Below are positions 13,897 through 22,149 of a DNA stretch of 32,000 nt, piece by piece (position 1 is the stretch's first letter; every line of letters starts with the position of its first letter). The notes under the pieces were generated by a model, which worked only from the letters and a program-made list of their open reading frames with translations, was not told the DNA's origin and made no database searches. Source of the DNA: Bacillota bacterium (GTDB taxonomy: Bacteria > Bacillota > Desulfotomaculia > Desulfotomaculales > Desulfohalotomaculaceae); contig VENI01000008.1 of assembly GCA_009711615.1 (NCBI GenBank), positions 1-32,000 of the forward strand, given 5' to 3'. Both the position numbers and the translations under genes were made by a program.

Positions 13897-15003
13897 TTAT
13901 TCACCTATTTCACCAATTAAATCCTTAATCAACTGAATCTTATCTGGTGATTCTTCCACCCATAGTACATATTTTCGATTATCATTGGTGCCTAAGTTGT
14001 TTGATATATGCATGTCACTTAATGAGACATCTGTTAATTCCTTTAGCAGTAGACGTATTCTATTAAGCCTGTTATGTGCATTTTCACCTGTTATCGTCAT
14101 CACTGGGGCTTTTATTTTGTCTCTTTGTGCATCCAGTTTTAGTAATGCATTTCTTACCGCGTTCTCTAAATAACCGGGACATGTCACCATTATTTCTTGA
14201 CCAAATTCATTATTATTAAATGACATTATTTTAACTTCAGCACCAAAGTCAAAGTTCTGTAACCTTTCCTGGGCATCCTTTGCCACAATATTCTTCAGCT
14301 TAAATATAAATGTTCTGTTTTCATAATAATTTGTCTGAGGCTCGATATCCACATTTGCTATTAATTCCTGCACTTTATTTAATGCCTGGGGTGTGCCCTG
14401 AACCCAGATAATGTTTTGGTGATCATCTGAAATAATGCTTTTTATTCTGCTGTCAATTCCCAGTTCACCAATCATATTTTTTAATTTTTCTGCTTCTATA
14501 TGCTCTGTATCAAATCTGGTTAAAAACATTTCGTCAAAGTACTCTTCATGTAATGCATTCGGTTGGCCAACTATGATAGTGTCTCCGTTTTGGATGTAGG
14601 TGAGCCCTTTGGTGTGTATAACTATTTCCATGGCCTGTCTAGGGGTTACATTATCGGCTTTGAAAGTAACCGTTAATGGTTCTGTCTCCAACAAAATAAT
14701 ATTAACACCCATTTTAATTGCCAAAGCAGATAATAGATCCTGCATGTCCACTCCCTGCATATTTAAAGTTATTCTAGGAGAATTTTCATCAAAGGCAGCA
14801 CTGGTATAACTATTTACAGAGTCATTATATATATAGGATTCATCACTTGAAGGTATCCACTCATTATTTGCAGAAGCCACTTCATTACCTTGTCCCCCGG
14901 GTAGAAAGCCAAAAATAAGGGGTAAGCTTAATGAGAACACAATGATAGCATGACTTAATTTCGGGGGAATATTTTTTGTGTAACTAGTTCTTTTGTTATT
15001 CAT
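13897..15003 (-). CDS. PilQ-like protein made only of secretin N-terminal domains (N0/STN-like plus three secretin-N-like repeats); no secretin barrel
   Basis: Signal/anchor helix, then ITLNMQGVDMQDLLSALAIKMGVNIILLETEPLTVTFKADNVTPRQAMEIVIHTKGLTYIQNGDTIIVG. Three repeats of about 65 aa follow (for example FLTRFDTEHIEAEKLKNMIGELG...IIWVQGTPQALNKVQELIANVD). The ORF ends 26 nt before pilA. Confidence 0.6.
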   Translation of the reverse strand: MNNKRTSYTKNIPPKLSHAIIVFSLSLPLIFGFLPGGQGNEVASANNEWIPSSDESYIYNDSVNSYTSAAFDENSPRITLNMQGVDMQDLLSALAIKMGVNIILLETEPLTVTFKADNVTPRQAMEIVIHTKGLTYIQNGDTIIVGQPNALHEEYFDEMFLTRFDTEHIEAEKLKNMIGELGIDSRIKSIISDDHQNIIWVQGTPQALNKVQELIANVDIEPQTNYYENRTFIFKLKNIVAKDAQERLQNFDFGAEVKIMSFNNNEFGQEIMVTCPGYLENAVRNALLKLDAQRDKIKAPVMTITGENAHNRLNRIRLLLKELTDVSLSDMHISNNLGTNDNRKYVLWVEESPDKIQLIKDLIGEIGE

Positions 15004-15592
15004 TGTTATCTCCAGTCCCCTCAGCTTTTGTAGGTTTGGTTTCTAACTGTTCGGACTTGATGCCGCCATCCAATTGTAAAGTTATTTTTTCATCCGCCGA
15101 TTTCAATACAGCCGTGCTGTCGGTTACTGTTTCCACCCTCAAATTGCCTGCAAATTCATCCCCTTCACCAACCACATAAGAGTTACTGCCCGACATAATG
15201 ATGGCTATGTTTTTACCGCCACCCTTAGTCACAACACCTTTTAGCACCATAGTTCCAGCAAAGGGATCTCTCAAAGCAGAATAATCTTCTATTACTCTTT
15301 TAGTTTTCGGCAAATATGTATACTTTTTAGGTTCGGAGTCACTTTCATTAACTTCGTCGGTTTCTTTAACGGGGGTAGTAGTAGAAAACTGGTTTACTGT
15401 GTTTTCTTCATTGGTTTCACTGGTTAGTTTAGGCAGAAATATTATCCCGGCCACTACCAAAAGTAGTACCACCGTTAAAATACCAACGATTTTCTTATTA
15501 TTTTTTAGATAGTTTATTATATCTTTTGCCTTAATTTCCTTATTTAATAACTCTTTAAGTTTACTTTGATTGTTATTTTGTCCCTTAGTCAT
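14996..15592 (-). CDS. PilP-like protein (one TM helix plus a C-terminal beta-sandwich-like block)
   Basis: TM helix IVGILTVVLLLVVAGIIFL. C-terminal RDPFAGTMVLKGVVTKGGGKNIAIIMSGSNSYVVGEGDEFAGNLRVETVTDSTAVL fits the PilP pattern. It sits between pilO and the pilQ-like gene and overlaps the latter by 8 nt. Confidence 0.55.
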   Translation of the reverse strand: MTKGQNNNQSKLKELLNKEIKAKDIINYLKNNKKIVGILTVVLLLVVAGIIFLPKLTSETNEENTVNQFSTTTPVKETDEVNESDSEPKKYTYLPKTKRVIEDYSALRDPFAGTMVLKGVVTKGGGKNIAIIMSGSNSYVVGEGDEFAGNLRVETVTDSTAVLKSADEKITLQLDGGIKSEQLETKPTKAEGTGDNNE

Positions 15593-15622
15593 GCCCCGCT
15601 GTCCTCCCAGGTGCTAAATTAT

Positions 15623-16150
15623 CTACTTGCTAACATAATAGGAAGAACCTGATATGTCAGCCCGAATATTTGAGCCTACTTGACCTTCTTTGACAACCTG
15701 TACTTCATCAATACTCACCAAACGAGCTCCATTTTGCAAGTTAACCAAAAACTCTACTACTTCGCTATACCTTCCGTTAAGATTAACTTGAAAGGGCATT
15801 TCCACATAATCTTCCTTTGGCAGGTATTCCCCAAAACTAATTTCAAAAAGATCTATATATGATTTATCAGCACTACTTTTAATATATTTTATTAATTCAT
15901 CTTCACTAGGTTCAGTAGGTAACTTTTGTTGCATTATGTCTAACTGACGTTTTATATTATCTGCTTCATTCTCTAAAGCTTTTAAGTTTTGTAGCCTCAA
16001 TTGAACATTAGCAATGGCTTGCTGCTCTTGTGCCATTGCATCCCGTGCAGCAGACAGGGAAGTACTTTGTTTGTAAATCATAAATAGCATTAGTACCACT
16101 ACCAGTACTCCTATTATAAAGGGCACCCGAGAGGAATTATTAAAGAGCAT
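15623..16150 (-). CDS. pilO: PilO (cluster 2)
   Basis: TM helix, coiled coil, and YVEMPFQVNLNGRYSEVVEFLVNLQ, a PilO-type C-terminal motif. Confidence 0.72.
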   Translation of the reverse strand: MLFNNSSRVPFIIGVLVVVLMLFMIYKQSTSLSAARDAMAQEQQAIANVQLRLQNLKALENEADNIKRQLDIMQQKLPTEPSEDELIKYIKSSADKSYIDLFEISFGEYLPKEDYVEMPFQVNLNGRYSEVVEFLVNLQNGARLVSIDEVQVVKEGQVGSNIRADISGSSYYVSK

Positions 16151-16152
16151 TG

Positions 16153-16758
16153 CTACTTACCTTCCTTTTCTGTCACAGTATCTTCTGGTTTAATGGTGGC
16201 CAGTTTTGCCTTGATTTCATAGTACACTTCCTGGCCACTGTCATTTTCTTGGGAGGAAAACTTGTAGCGAATATCTTCTATGCCTGGTATCTCACGCATA
16301 TTCTCCAGCCAGTATGATACATAAACATGACTGTATGCCACCCCCCGCAGCGTAATTTCATTATCAGTTACGTCTTGACTATCGCCAACATGATAACTGG
16401 CTTGCAAGTCAGTTATCCACACAGAAGGCGGAATTTGTTGGCCAATATTATACATTAGCTGCACCCAATCCGGGGAAGAGCCTGTACATTGTTCCAACAA
16501 CTCTTCCATTTTATTTGCTCTGGCCTGCAATTCAGTATAGGGTGCATAGACGGCAACTTTTTCTTTCCATAACTGCATTTCTTCCTGCAGGCGGGTAGTC
16601 TGCTCTTTTGTCTTCATTGTAGCAATGAATAAAGAACTATAGATACCAAAAAACACCAGCAAAACTGAGCAAGTGACCATTATCATTAACCGCTGTTTGC
16701 GTTTTTTCTCAACTTCAGCTGTTAGTTCAGGTGGCAGCAAGTTAATTCTTATTTGCAT
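16153..16758 (-). CDS. pilN: PilN (cluster 2)
   Basis: MQIRINLLPPE followed by a TM helix. Its start overlaps the pilM stop by 1 nt. Confidence 0.8.
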   Translation of the reverse strand: MQIRINLLPPELTAEVEKKRKQRLMIMVTCSVLLVFFGIYSSLFIATMKTKEQTTRLQEEMQLWKEKVAVYAPYTELQARANKMEELLEQCTGSSPDWVQLMYNIGQQIPPSVWITDLQASYHVGDSQDVTDNEITLRGVAYSHVYVSYWLENMREIPGIEDIRYKFSSQENDSGQEVYYEIKAKLATIKPEDTVTEKEGK

Positions 16759-17813
16759 TAGCTATGGGCCTCCAATCCTCGCAACGCCAAACCAACAGTA
16801 ACTGCGAAATCTGTCCCTTCCTGCTCAATATTAATGCCCGGCACACCTGATATTTTGCTAAGCTTAGCAAAGGGGTCAACTACGTTAACTGGTACTTCCA
16901 GCTCTTCCTGAATTAATTCAGGCAACCCTTCAAGTCTAGCCCCTTGACCGCTGATAAATATTTTATCTACAGAACCAGTCCTGGTTTGAGTTATATAATA
17001 GCTTATTGAGGCTCGTACATCATTAGCCAGTGCTGTTCCCCAGTGGAATAGCGTGTCCCCATCACCTTTATTTTCATTGGGTTCCCTACCTTCTGCGGCA
17101 GCAGCCACACTGGCCATTGCCAAGGGTGAATCCATCTGAGGTAACCCTTTTTCCTCACTATAACTTTTCATGGAATGGGGAAGCACCCTGGAAAAACGAG
17201 GAACACCATCGTTAATCAAAAGCAGTGAACTTAACCCATTGGAAATATCCAGCAGGACTACGTTGCCTGAAAATTGATCTTCAGCTAGTGTATGCATAGT
17301 CGCCAAATTTGAAGGCTCGATAATTAACGGGGATATGCTACCAAAACTCAAGGCTTTAAGGCTTTTATTCAATATTTCCCGCCTGGCGGCCACCAGTAGC
17401 AGTTCCATTTCACTGCCGTTATTGCTTTTAGTTTCACCTATAAAAGAATAGTCCAGCACCATTTCAGCAACTGGGATGGGGAAGTATTCTTCAGCTTGAA
17501 AGCGGATGGCTTTACTTAGTTTTTTCTCCGGAATTTTTGGTAGCTTGGCCATCCGCATTAACACACCTTGGTTTAACACACCCAAAATAACATCTCTTTT
17601 TCTTATACCAGCCTTGGCCCATAATTCTTCCAGTGCAAGCCCCACTGCACTGCCGTCATTGACAGTTCCCTCGGTGACAGCGTTTTCTGGTATCTGAATT
17701 TGGTCTATGGCGGTAAGAACAGTATTCTTAGGTGTACCTTTTAATTCCACAACCCTGATTATTTCGGTATCTATCTCTAGACCTATTGCAGTGGATTGCT
17801 TAAATAGTGCCAT
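16758..17813 (-). CDS. pilM: PilM actin-like ATPase (cluster 2)
   Basis: 351 aa with IGLEIDTEIIRVVELK at the N-terminus and FISGQGARLEGL near the C-terminus. Typical PilM length and pattern. Confidence 0.85.
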   Translation of the reverse strand: MALFKQSTAIGLEIDTEIIRVVELKGTPKNTVLTAIDQIQIPENAVTEGTVNDGSAVGLALEELWAKAGIRKRDVILGVLNQGVLMRMAKLPKIPEKKLSKAIRFQAEEYFPIPVAEMVLDYSFIGETKSNNGSEMELLLVAARREILNKSLKALSFGSISPLIIEPSNLATMHTLAEDQFSGNVVLLDISNGLSSLLLINDGVPRFSRVLPHSMKSYSEEKGLPQMDSPLAMASVAAAAEGREPNENKGDGDTLFHWGTALANDVRASISYYITQTRTGSVDKIFISGQGARLEGLPELIQEELEVPVNVVDPFAKLSKISGVPGINIEQEGTDFAVTVGLALRGLEAHS

Positions 17814-17836
17814 GAATGACTTCTCATCCCTTCTAA

Positions 17837-19045
17837 TTAGCCTCCAATAGAGGTAACAGCATTAAATATCGGTAAGTAGATCGCAATAACAATGCCGCCA
17901 ATTGTACAACCAATAACTATTAATAACAAAGGTTCCAACAGTGCTGTTAAGCCTTTAGTCATAGTTGCAACCTCTTCTTCATAAAAGTCTGCCACTTGAG
18001 CCAACATTGGTGAAAGTTCACCGGTCTCTTCCCCCACCGCTACCATATTAGTGAGCATGGGCGGAAAAAAGTCACTTTTCTCTAATGGTTCAACTATGCT
18101 CTGCCCTCCGTGAATATCAGCACCGGCTTCTTTAACTAGTTCGTTCAATTCCGCACTGCCGGATGTTGGGCCAGCGGTTTCTAGAGCTTGTATTACCGGT
18201 ATACCACCGGCTAGTAGAGTGGCCATTATCCTACAAAAACGGGCAATGGTTACTTTTTTAAACAATTCTCCAAAAACCGGTAATTTAAACTTTATTCTTT
18301 CCCATGTCATACGCCCAGCCTCACTGGCTGCAAATATGCGTATTATCAATATGAACAGAATTAGTCCTATTAGGTGAATGTACCAGTAAGTCCTAAGAGA
18401 CTCACTTATCCCCATAATTACACTGGTAATTATGGGCATTTCAACCCCTGGTGGAAAAAAGTTGCTAAAAATCGGTATTACAAACAACATCATTAATAAA
18501 ACAACCAAAAAGGCAAAGAGCAGTACAATTGCCGGGTAAAATGTAGCTGAACGAATATTGTCCCGCAAACTTTTATCCCGCTCAAGTTGCTGTGAAAGGC
18601 GTAGCAACATTTCATCCATCGCCCCGCCTATTTCCCCTGCTTTCACCATTTCTACGTATATTGTGGAAAATACGTTGGGGTAAGAACACAATGCTTCATA
18701 AAAACTGATCCCGCCTTCCACATTGCGGGCCATCTCACCAAGTATATTAGACAAGGTTGGGTTTTTTGTCTGCTCGCTCAGAGCAAAAAGAGTCCGTGTT
18801 AGCGGTATTCCCGCTTTAAGCATAGCCGCAAGTTGGCGTGTGAAAAAACACAGATCACTTATAGTAACCTTCTTCTGCCTACTGAAAATCTGCCTGGATG
18901 AAGAGGCCTTTTGTTCTTCTATTTCCAGAACTGTGTAACCCATTTTTTGTAAACGTGAGGCAGCGGCCATTTCATGTTCGGCTTCCAGTTTCCCTGTGAT
19001 TTCACTGCCTGCTTTATCCATAACCTGATAACTGAATAAAGGCAT
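17837..19045 (-). CDS. pilC: PilC/GspF platform protein (cluster 2)
   Basis: 402 aa with a duplicated GspF-type domain and three TM segments. Confidence 0.9.
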   Translation of the reverse strand: MPLFSYQVMDKAGSEITGKLEAEHEMAAASRLQKMGYTVLEIEEQKASSSRQIFSRQKKVTISDLCFFTRQLAAMLKAGIPLTRTLFALSEQTKNPTLSNILGEMARNVEGGISFYEALCSYPNVFSTIYVEMVKAGEIGGAMDEMLLRLSQQLERDKSLRDNIRSATFYPAIVLLFAFLVVLLMMLFVIPIFSNFFPPGVEMPIITSVIMGISESLRTYWYIHLIGLILFILIIRIFAASEAGRMTWERIKFKLPVFGELFKKVTIARFCRIMATLLAGGIPVIQALETAGPTSGSAELNELVKEAGADIHGGQSIVEPLEKSDFFPPMLTNMVAVGEETGELSPMLAQVADFYEEEVATMTKGLTALLEPLLLIVIGCTIGGIVIAIYLPIFNAVTSIGG

Positions 19046-19076
19046 TACTACCCATCCTCACTATATGACTAAATGA

Positions 19077-20156
19077 CTAAAATTGCCTGCGTAGCGAACG
19101 ATCCAGTTCGGCTCGATCAATGCAGCGCATTAATGCCATTTCTTTGGTTATCAAACCTTTTATCGTTAACTCGGCCAAGGTCTGGTCTAATGTCTGCATC
19201 CCGGTGTTGCGCCCTGTTTGCATCACTGTGTATAATTGGTGTTCTTTACCTTCTCGAATTATATTTCTTACCGCTGGGGTACTAAGCAGCAGTTCCACTG
19301 CAGCCACCCGACCTTTTCCATCAGCCTTGGGTAACAGTTGTTGTGCTATTACTGCCTGCAGTGAATCACCCAACTGTTGTCGTATTTGTTCCCGCATACC
19401 CTCGGGAAACACATCCACTATCCGATGAACTGCCAGCGATGCAGTTTGGGTATGCAGCGTGGAGAATACCAAATGCCCTGTTTCAGCAGCGGTTAAGGCT
19501 ATGCTAATACTTTCCATGTCCCGCATCTCTCCAACCAGAATCACATCCGGGTCGTGACGCAACACATGCCGTAGGGCATTGGCAAAGGAGTGGGTATCAG
19601 ACCCCACTTCCCGCTGCTTAATAATTGATTTTTTGTGACTGTGCAAATATTCAATGGGATTTTCAATGGTTACAATGTTTAGGTGGCGATGCTGATTAAT
19701 TAAATCAATCATGGCAGCCAATGTGGTGGATTTGCCACTACCTGTTGGCCCGGTAACCAGCACCAACCCCCGGGGTAGATTGCATAAATCCTTAATTGCC
19801 GTAGGCAGACCAAGGTCATCTAATTTAGGGATATCAATGGCCACCACTCGAAAGTTTACGCCCAGCGTTCCTCGCTGCCACATTATATTACCCCTAAAAC
19901 GGCTAACACCGGGAACAGAGTAAGAAAAGTCCAGTTCCAAATTTTCATCAAGCTTGTCCCGAAATTGGGGATCAAGAATAGGAAAAATTATATCTTCAAT
20001 ATCCTGGGGTGTTAACCGGGGCAAGTCATCCATATGTACTAGTTTACCATATAGCCGTACCACCGGGGGCAGCCCTGTGGCTAAATGTAAGTCCGAACCA
20101 TCCATTTGCAACGTGCGTTTAAGAATTTCATTGAGATCTGGCAAGCTATTTGTCAT
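19077..20156 (-). CDS. pilT: PilT retraction ATPase, the only copy in the window
   Basis: 359 aa with GPTGSGKSTTLAAMID and HLVFSTLHT, and PilT-type length with no N-terminal GspE extension. ATGA overlap with the pilB stop. Confidence 0.92.
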   Translation of the reverse strand: MTNSLPDLNEILKRTLQMDGSDLHLATGLPPVVRLYGKLVHMDDLPRLTPQDIEDIIFPILDPQFRDKLDENLELDFSYSVPGVSRFRGNIMWQRGTLGVNFRVVAIDIPKLDDLGLPTAIKDLCNLPRGLVLVTGPTGSGKSTTLAAMIDLINQHRHLNIVTIENPIEYLHSHKKSIIKQREVGSDTHSFANALRHVLRHDPDVILVGEMRDMESISIALTAAETGHLVFSTLHTQTASLAVHRIVDVFPEGMREQIRQQLGDSLQAVIAQQLLPKADGKGRVAAVELLLSTPAVRNIIREGKEHQLYTVMQTGRNTGMQTLDQTLAELTIKGLITKEMALMRCIDRAELDRSLRRQF

Positions 20157-21850
20157 ACGACCACCCTCATAACTTCTTCCAATGAAGTAATTCCTTGTTT
20201 TACTTTATTAAGTCCATCATGAAGCAGTGTAGTCATTCCCTCTTCCACCGCTACCGTTCTAATTTCTTTTGATGATCTTTTTTCCAAAATCATTTTCTGG
20301 ATCTTCTCAGATACCTTTAACAGTTCATAGATACCAACCCGGCCTTTATAGCCTGTGTTGCTGCAGCGTATGCAGCCCTTGGGGCGGTATACTGTCACTG
20401 AAGTCTCCCCATTTTCAAATGGAAAATCTTTTATATTCTCCAGTTCCCTGCCTGATAATTCATAGGGCTCTTTACACTTGGGACAAAGCACCCTGGCCAA
20501 CCTCTGTGCCAACACACAGGCCAGGGAAGATGTGATAAGAAATGGCTCAATTCCCATTTCAGTTAACCGGGTTACTGTACTGGCAGCATCGTTGGTGTGT
20601 AGGGTTGAGAAAACCAAGTGACCTGTCATGGCTGATTCCACAGCTATTTTGGCTGTTTCTTTATCTCTTATCTCACCAACCATCACAATATCGGGGTCGT
20701 TCCTCAGAATAGAGCGCAGGCCTGAAGCAAAGGTAAGGCCTGCCCTGGAGTTAATTTGCACTTGATTTATTTGATCAATCCGATATTCCACCGGGTCTTC
20801 TACTGTAATTACGTTTTTCTCAACTTTATCTAGAGCCGCCAAACTGGCATACAATGTAGTACTCTTACCGCTCCCTGTGGGGCCGGTCACCAGTATAAAA
20901 CCATAGGGCAGGTCAACTGCCTGGCGGTAATTTTTCAGCATATCCGGTGCCACACCCAGTTGTTCCAAATTAATCACTTCATTTGAACGATCTAAAAGGC
21001 GTAGCGTCAACCGCTCACCATAGCTAGTGGGTAAAGAAGCTATCCTAAGATCTATGGTTCTTCCTTCCATTTTCACTGAAGTACGACCATCTTGCGGAAC
21101 CCTTCGATCAGCAATATCCATATTGGCCATTACTTTAATCCGAGAAACGAGGGAGGCATGTAGGCGCTTTGGTGGTTCCATCATGTCATGTAGCACTCCG
21201 TCGATTCTAAAACGAACCCGAGTATTTTTTTCATAGGGCTCAATATGAACATCACTGGCCCTGGCATTAACAGCCTGACTGATAATCATATTGGCCAGTT
21301 GCACAGCGGGACTTTCTTCGGAATCTTCCAAGCCGGCTATTGTTTGCTCCTGCTGCTTTTCATCCTCTTGTTCTGCTTCATCATCAACCTGCTGAAAATC
21401 TATATTACCAAGACTATATTTTTCAATGGCTGCATCCAGCTCACTATCGGTAGCAAAGACAGCTTTTATATCATAACCCGTGAGAATGCGCAAATCGTCA
21501 ATGGCCATAATGTCAGTTGGTTGCTGCATGGCCATCACCAGTTTGCCATCTTTAAAATCAATGGGTAAAGCTTTGTATCGTTTGATAACTTCAGGTGTGA
21601 GTAACGCCAGTGCTGATCTGTCCACCAGATATTTCTCCAAAGATACAAAAGGCACCCCAGCCCGTTTGGCAATAATGCGAGCAATATCTTCTTCCGTGCA
21701 ATACCCCATTTGAACTAGATTCTTGCCCAGCATACCCTTTCCGCCACTTTTGTCAGCTTGATAATTGAGGGCTTCCTGAAGTTGGTCGTCCGTTACAATC
21801 TTCTCTTTTACCAACCAGTTACCTAAAAAGTTCTTTTTATAGTCCTGCAT
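20153..21850 (-). CDS. pilB: PilB/GspE assembly ATPase with an MshEN-like N-terminus (cluster 2)
   Basis: Walker A GPTGSGKSTT, a CPKC...CIRC tetracysteine motif and N-terminal tandem LGxxLV motifs. GAGGAG lies 5 nt upstream of the ATG. Confidence 0.92.
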   Translation of the reverse strand: MQDYKKNFLGNWLVKEKIVTDDQLQEALNYQADKSGGKGMLGKNLVQMGYCTEEDIARIIAKRAGVPFVSLEKYLVDRSALALLTPEVIKRYKALPIDFKDGKLVMAMQQPTDIMAIDDLRILTGYDIKAVFATDSELDAAIEKYSLGNIDFQQVDDEAEQEDEKQQEQTIAGLEDSEESPAVQLANMIISQAVNARASDVHIEPYEKNTRVRFRIDGVLHDMMEPPKRLHASLVSRIKVMANMDIADRRVPQDGRTSVKMEGRTIDLRIASLPTSYGERLTLRLLDRSNEVINLEQLGVAPDMLKNYRQAVDLPYGFILVTGPTGSGKSTTLYASLAALDKVEKNVITVEDPVEYRIDQINQVQINSRAGLTFASGLRSILRNDPDIVMVGEIRDKETAKIAVESAMTGHLVFSTLHTNDAASTVTRLTEMGIEPFLITSSLACVLAQRLARVLCPKCKEPYELSGRELENIKDFPFENGETSVTVYRPKGCIRCSNTGYKGRVGIYELLKVSEKIQKMILEKRSSKEIRTVAVEEGMTTLLHDGLNKVKQGITSLEEVMRVVV

Positions 21851-21957
21851 AAGAGCTCCTCAAAATATATATTCTTATTCCAAATACCTTTTGTTAAGCC
21901 ACATTATATCAATATTCTGTTAATTTGTCATTTAATCAATTTATTATGATATTAAAC

Positions 21958-21995
21958 AAAAAAATTCCAAAACTCTAATACTTAGGTTTTGGAAT
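21958..21995 (-). terminator. Intrinsic terminator forming the expression platform of the c-di-GMP riboswitch
   Basis: Minus-strand RNA AUUCCAAAAC-[CUAAGUAUUAGA]-GUUUUGGAAU followed by UUUUUU. It starts 6 nt after the aptamer and lies about 105 nt upstream of the pilB ATG. Confidence 0.72.
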
Positions 21996-22000
21996 CATCT

Positions 22001-22085
22001 ATCCTAAGGCAACCCGGCTTCCATGGGCTACTGCCCTTAGGCCCGTGGCTTTGCGTCCTTATCTTTCGACAAGTTTGCCCTTAAA
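22001..22085 (-). promoter_or_regulatory. c-di-GMP-I (GEMM-I) riboswitch aptamer
   Basis: Minus-strand RNA UUUAAGGGCAAACUUGUCGAAAGAUAAGGACGCAAAGCCACGGGCCUAAGGGCAGUAGCCCAUGGAAGCCGGGUUGCCUUAGGAU. It carries the conserved GGGCAAAC, a GAAA-capped hairpin, GGACGCAAAGCC, a CCUAAG...AUGG tetraloop-receptor-like element, AGCCGGGUUGCC and a closing UAAGG/CCUUA P1 stem. It is close to the Vibrio cholerae Vc2 sequence as I recall it. Confidence 0.85.
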
Positions 22086-22111
22086 ATCATTTAATTAACT
22101 TATTTATAGAT

Positions 22112-22140
22112 ATTATATCTGCACAAATACACAATATCAA
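22112..22140 (-). promoter_or_regulatory. Sigma-A-type promoter for the riboswitch/pilB operon
   Basis: Minus strand TTGATA (22140..22135), 17-nt spacer, TATAAT (22117..22112). It lies immediately downstream of the aroB stop and about 25 nt upstream of the aptamer. Confidence 0.65.
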
Positions 22141-22149
22141 TACTTTTCT

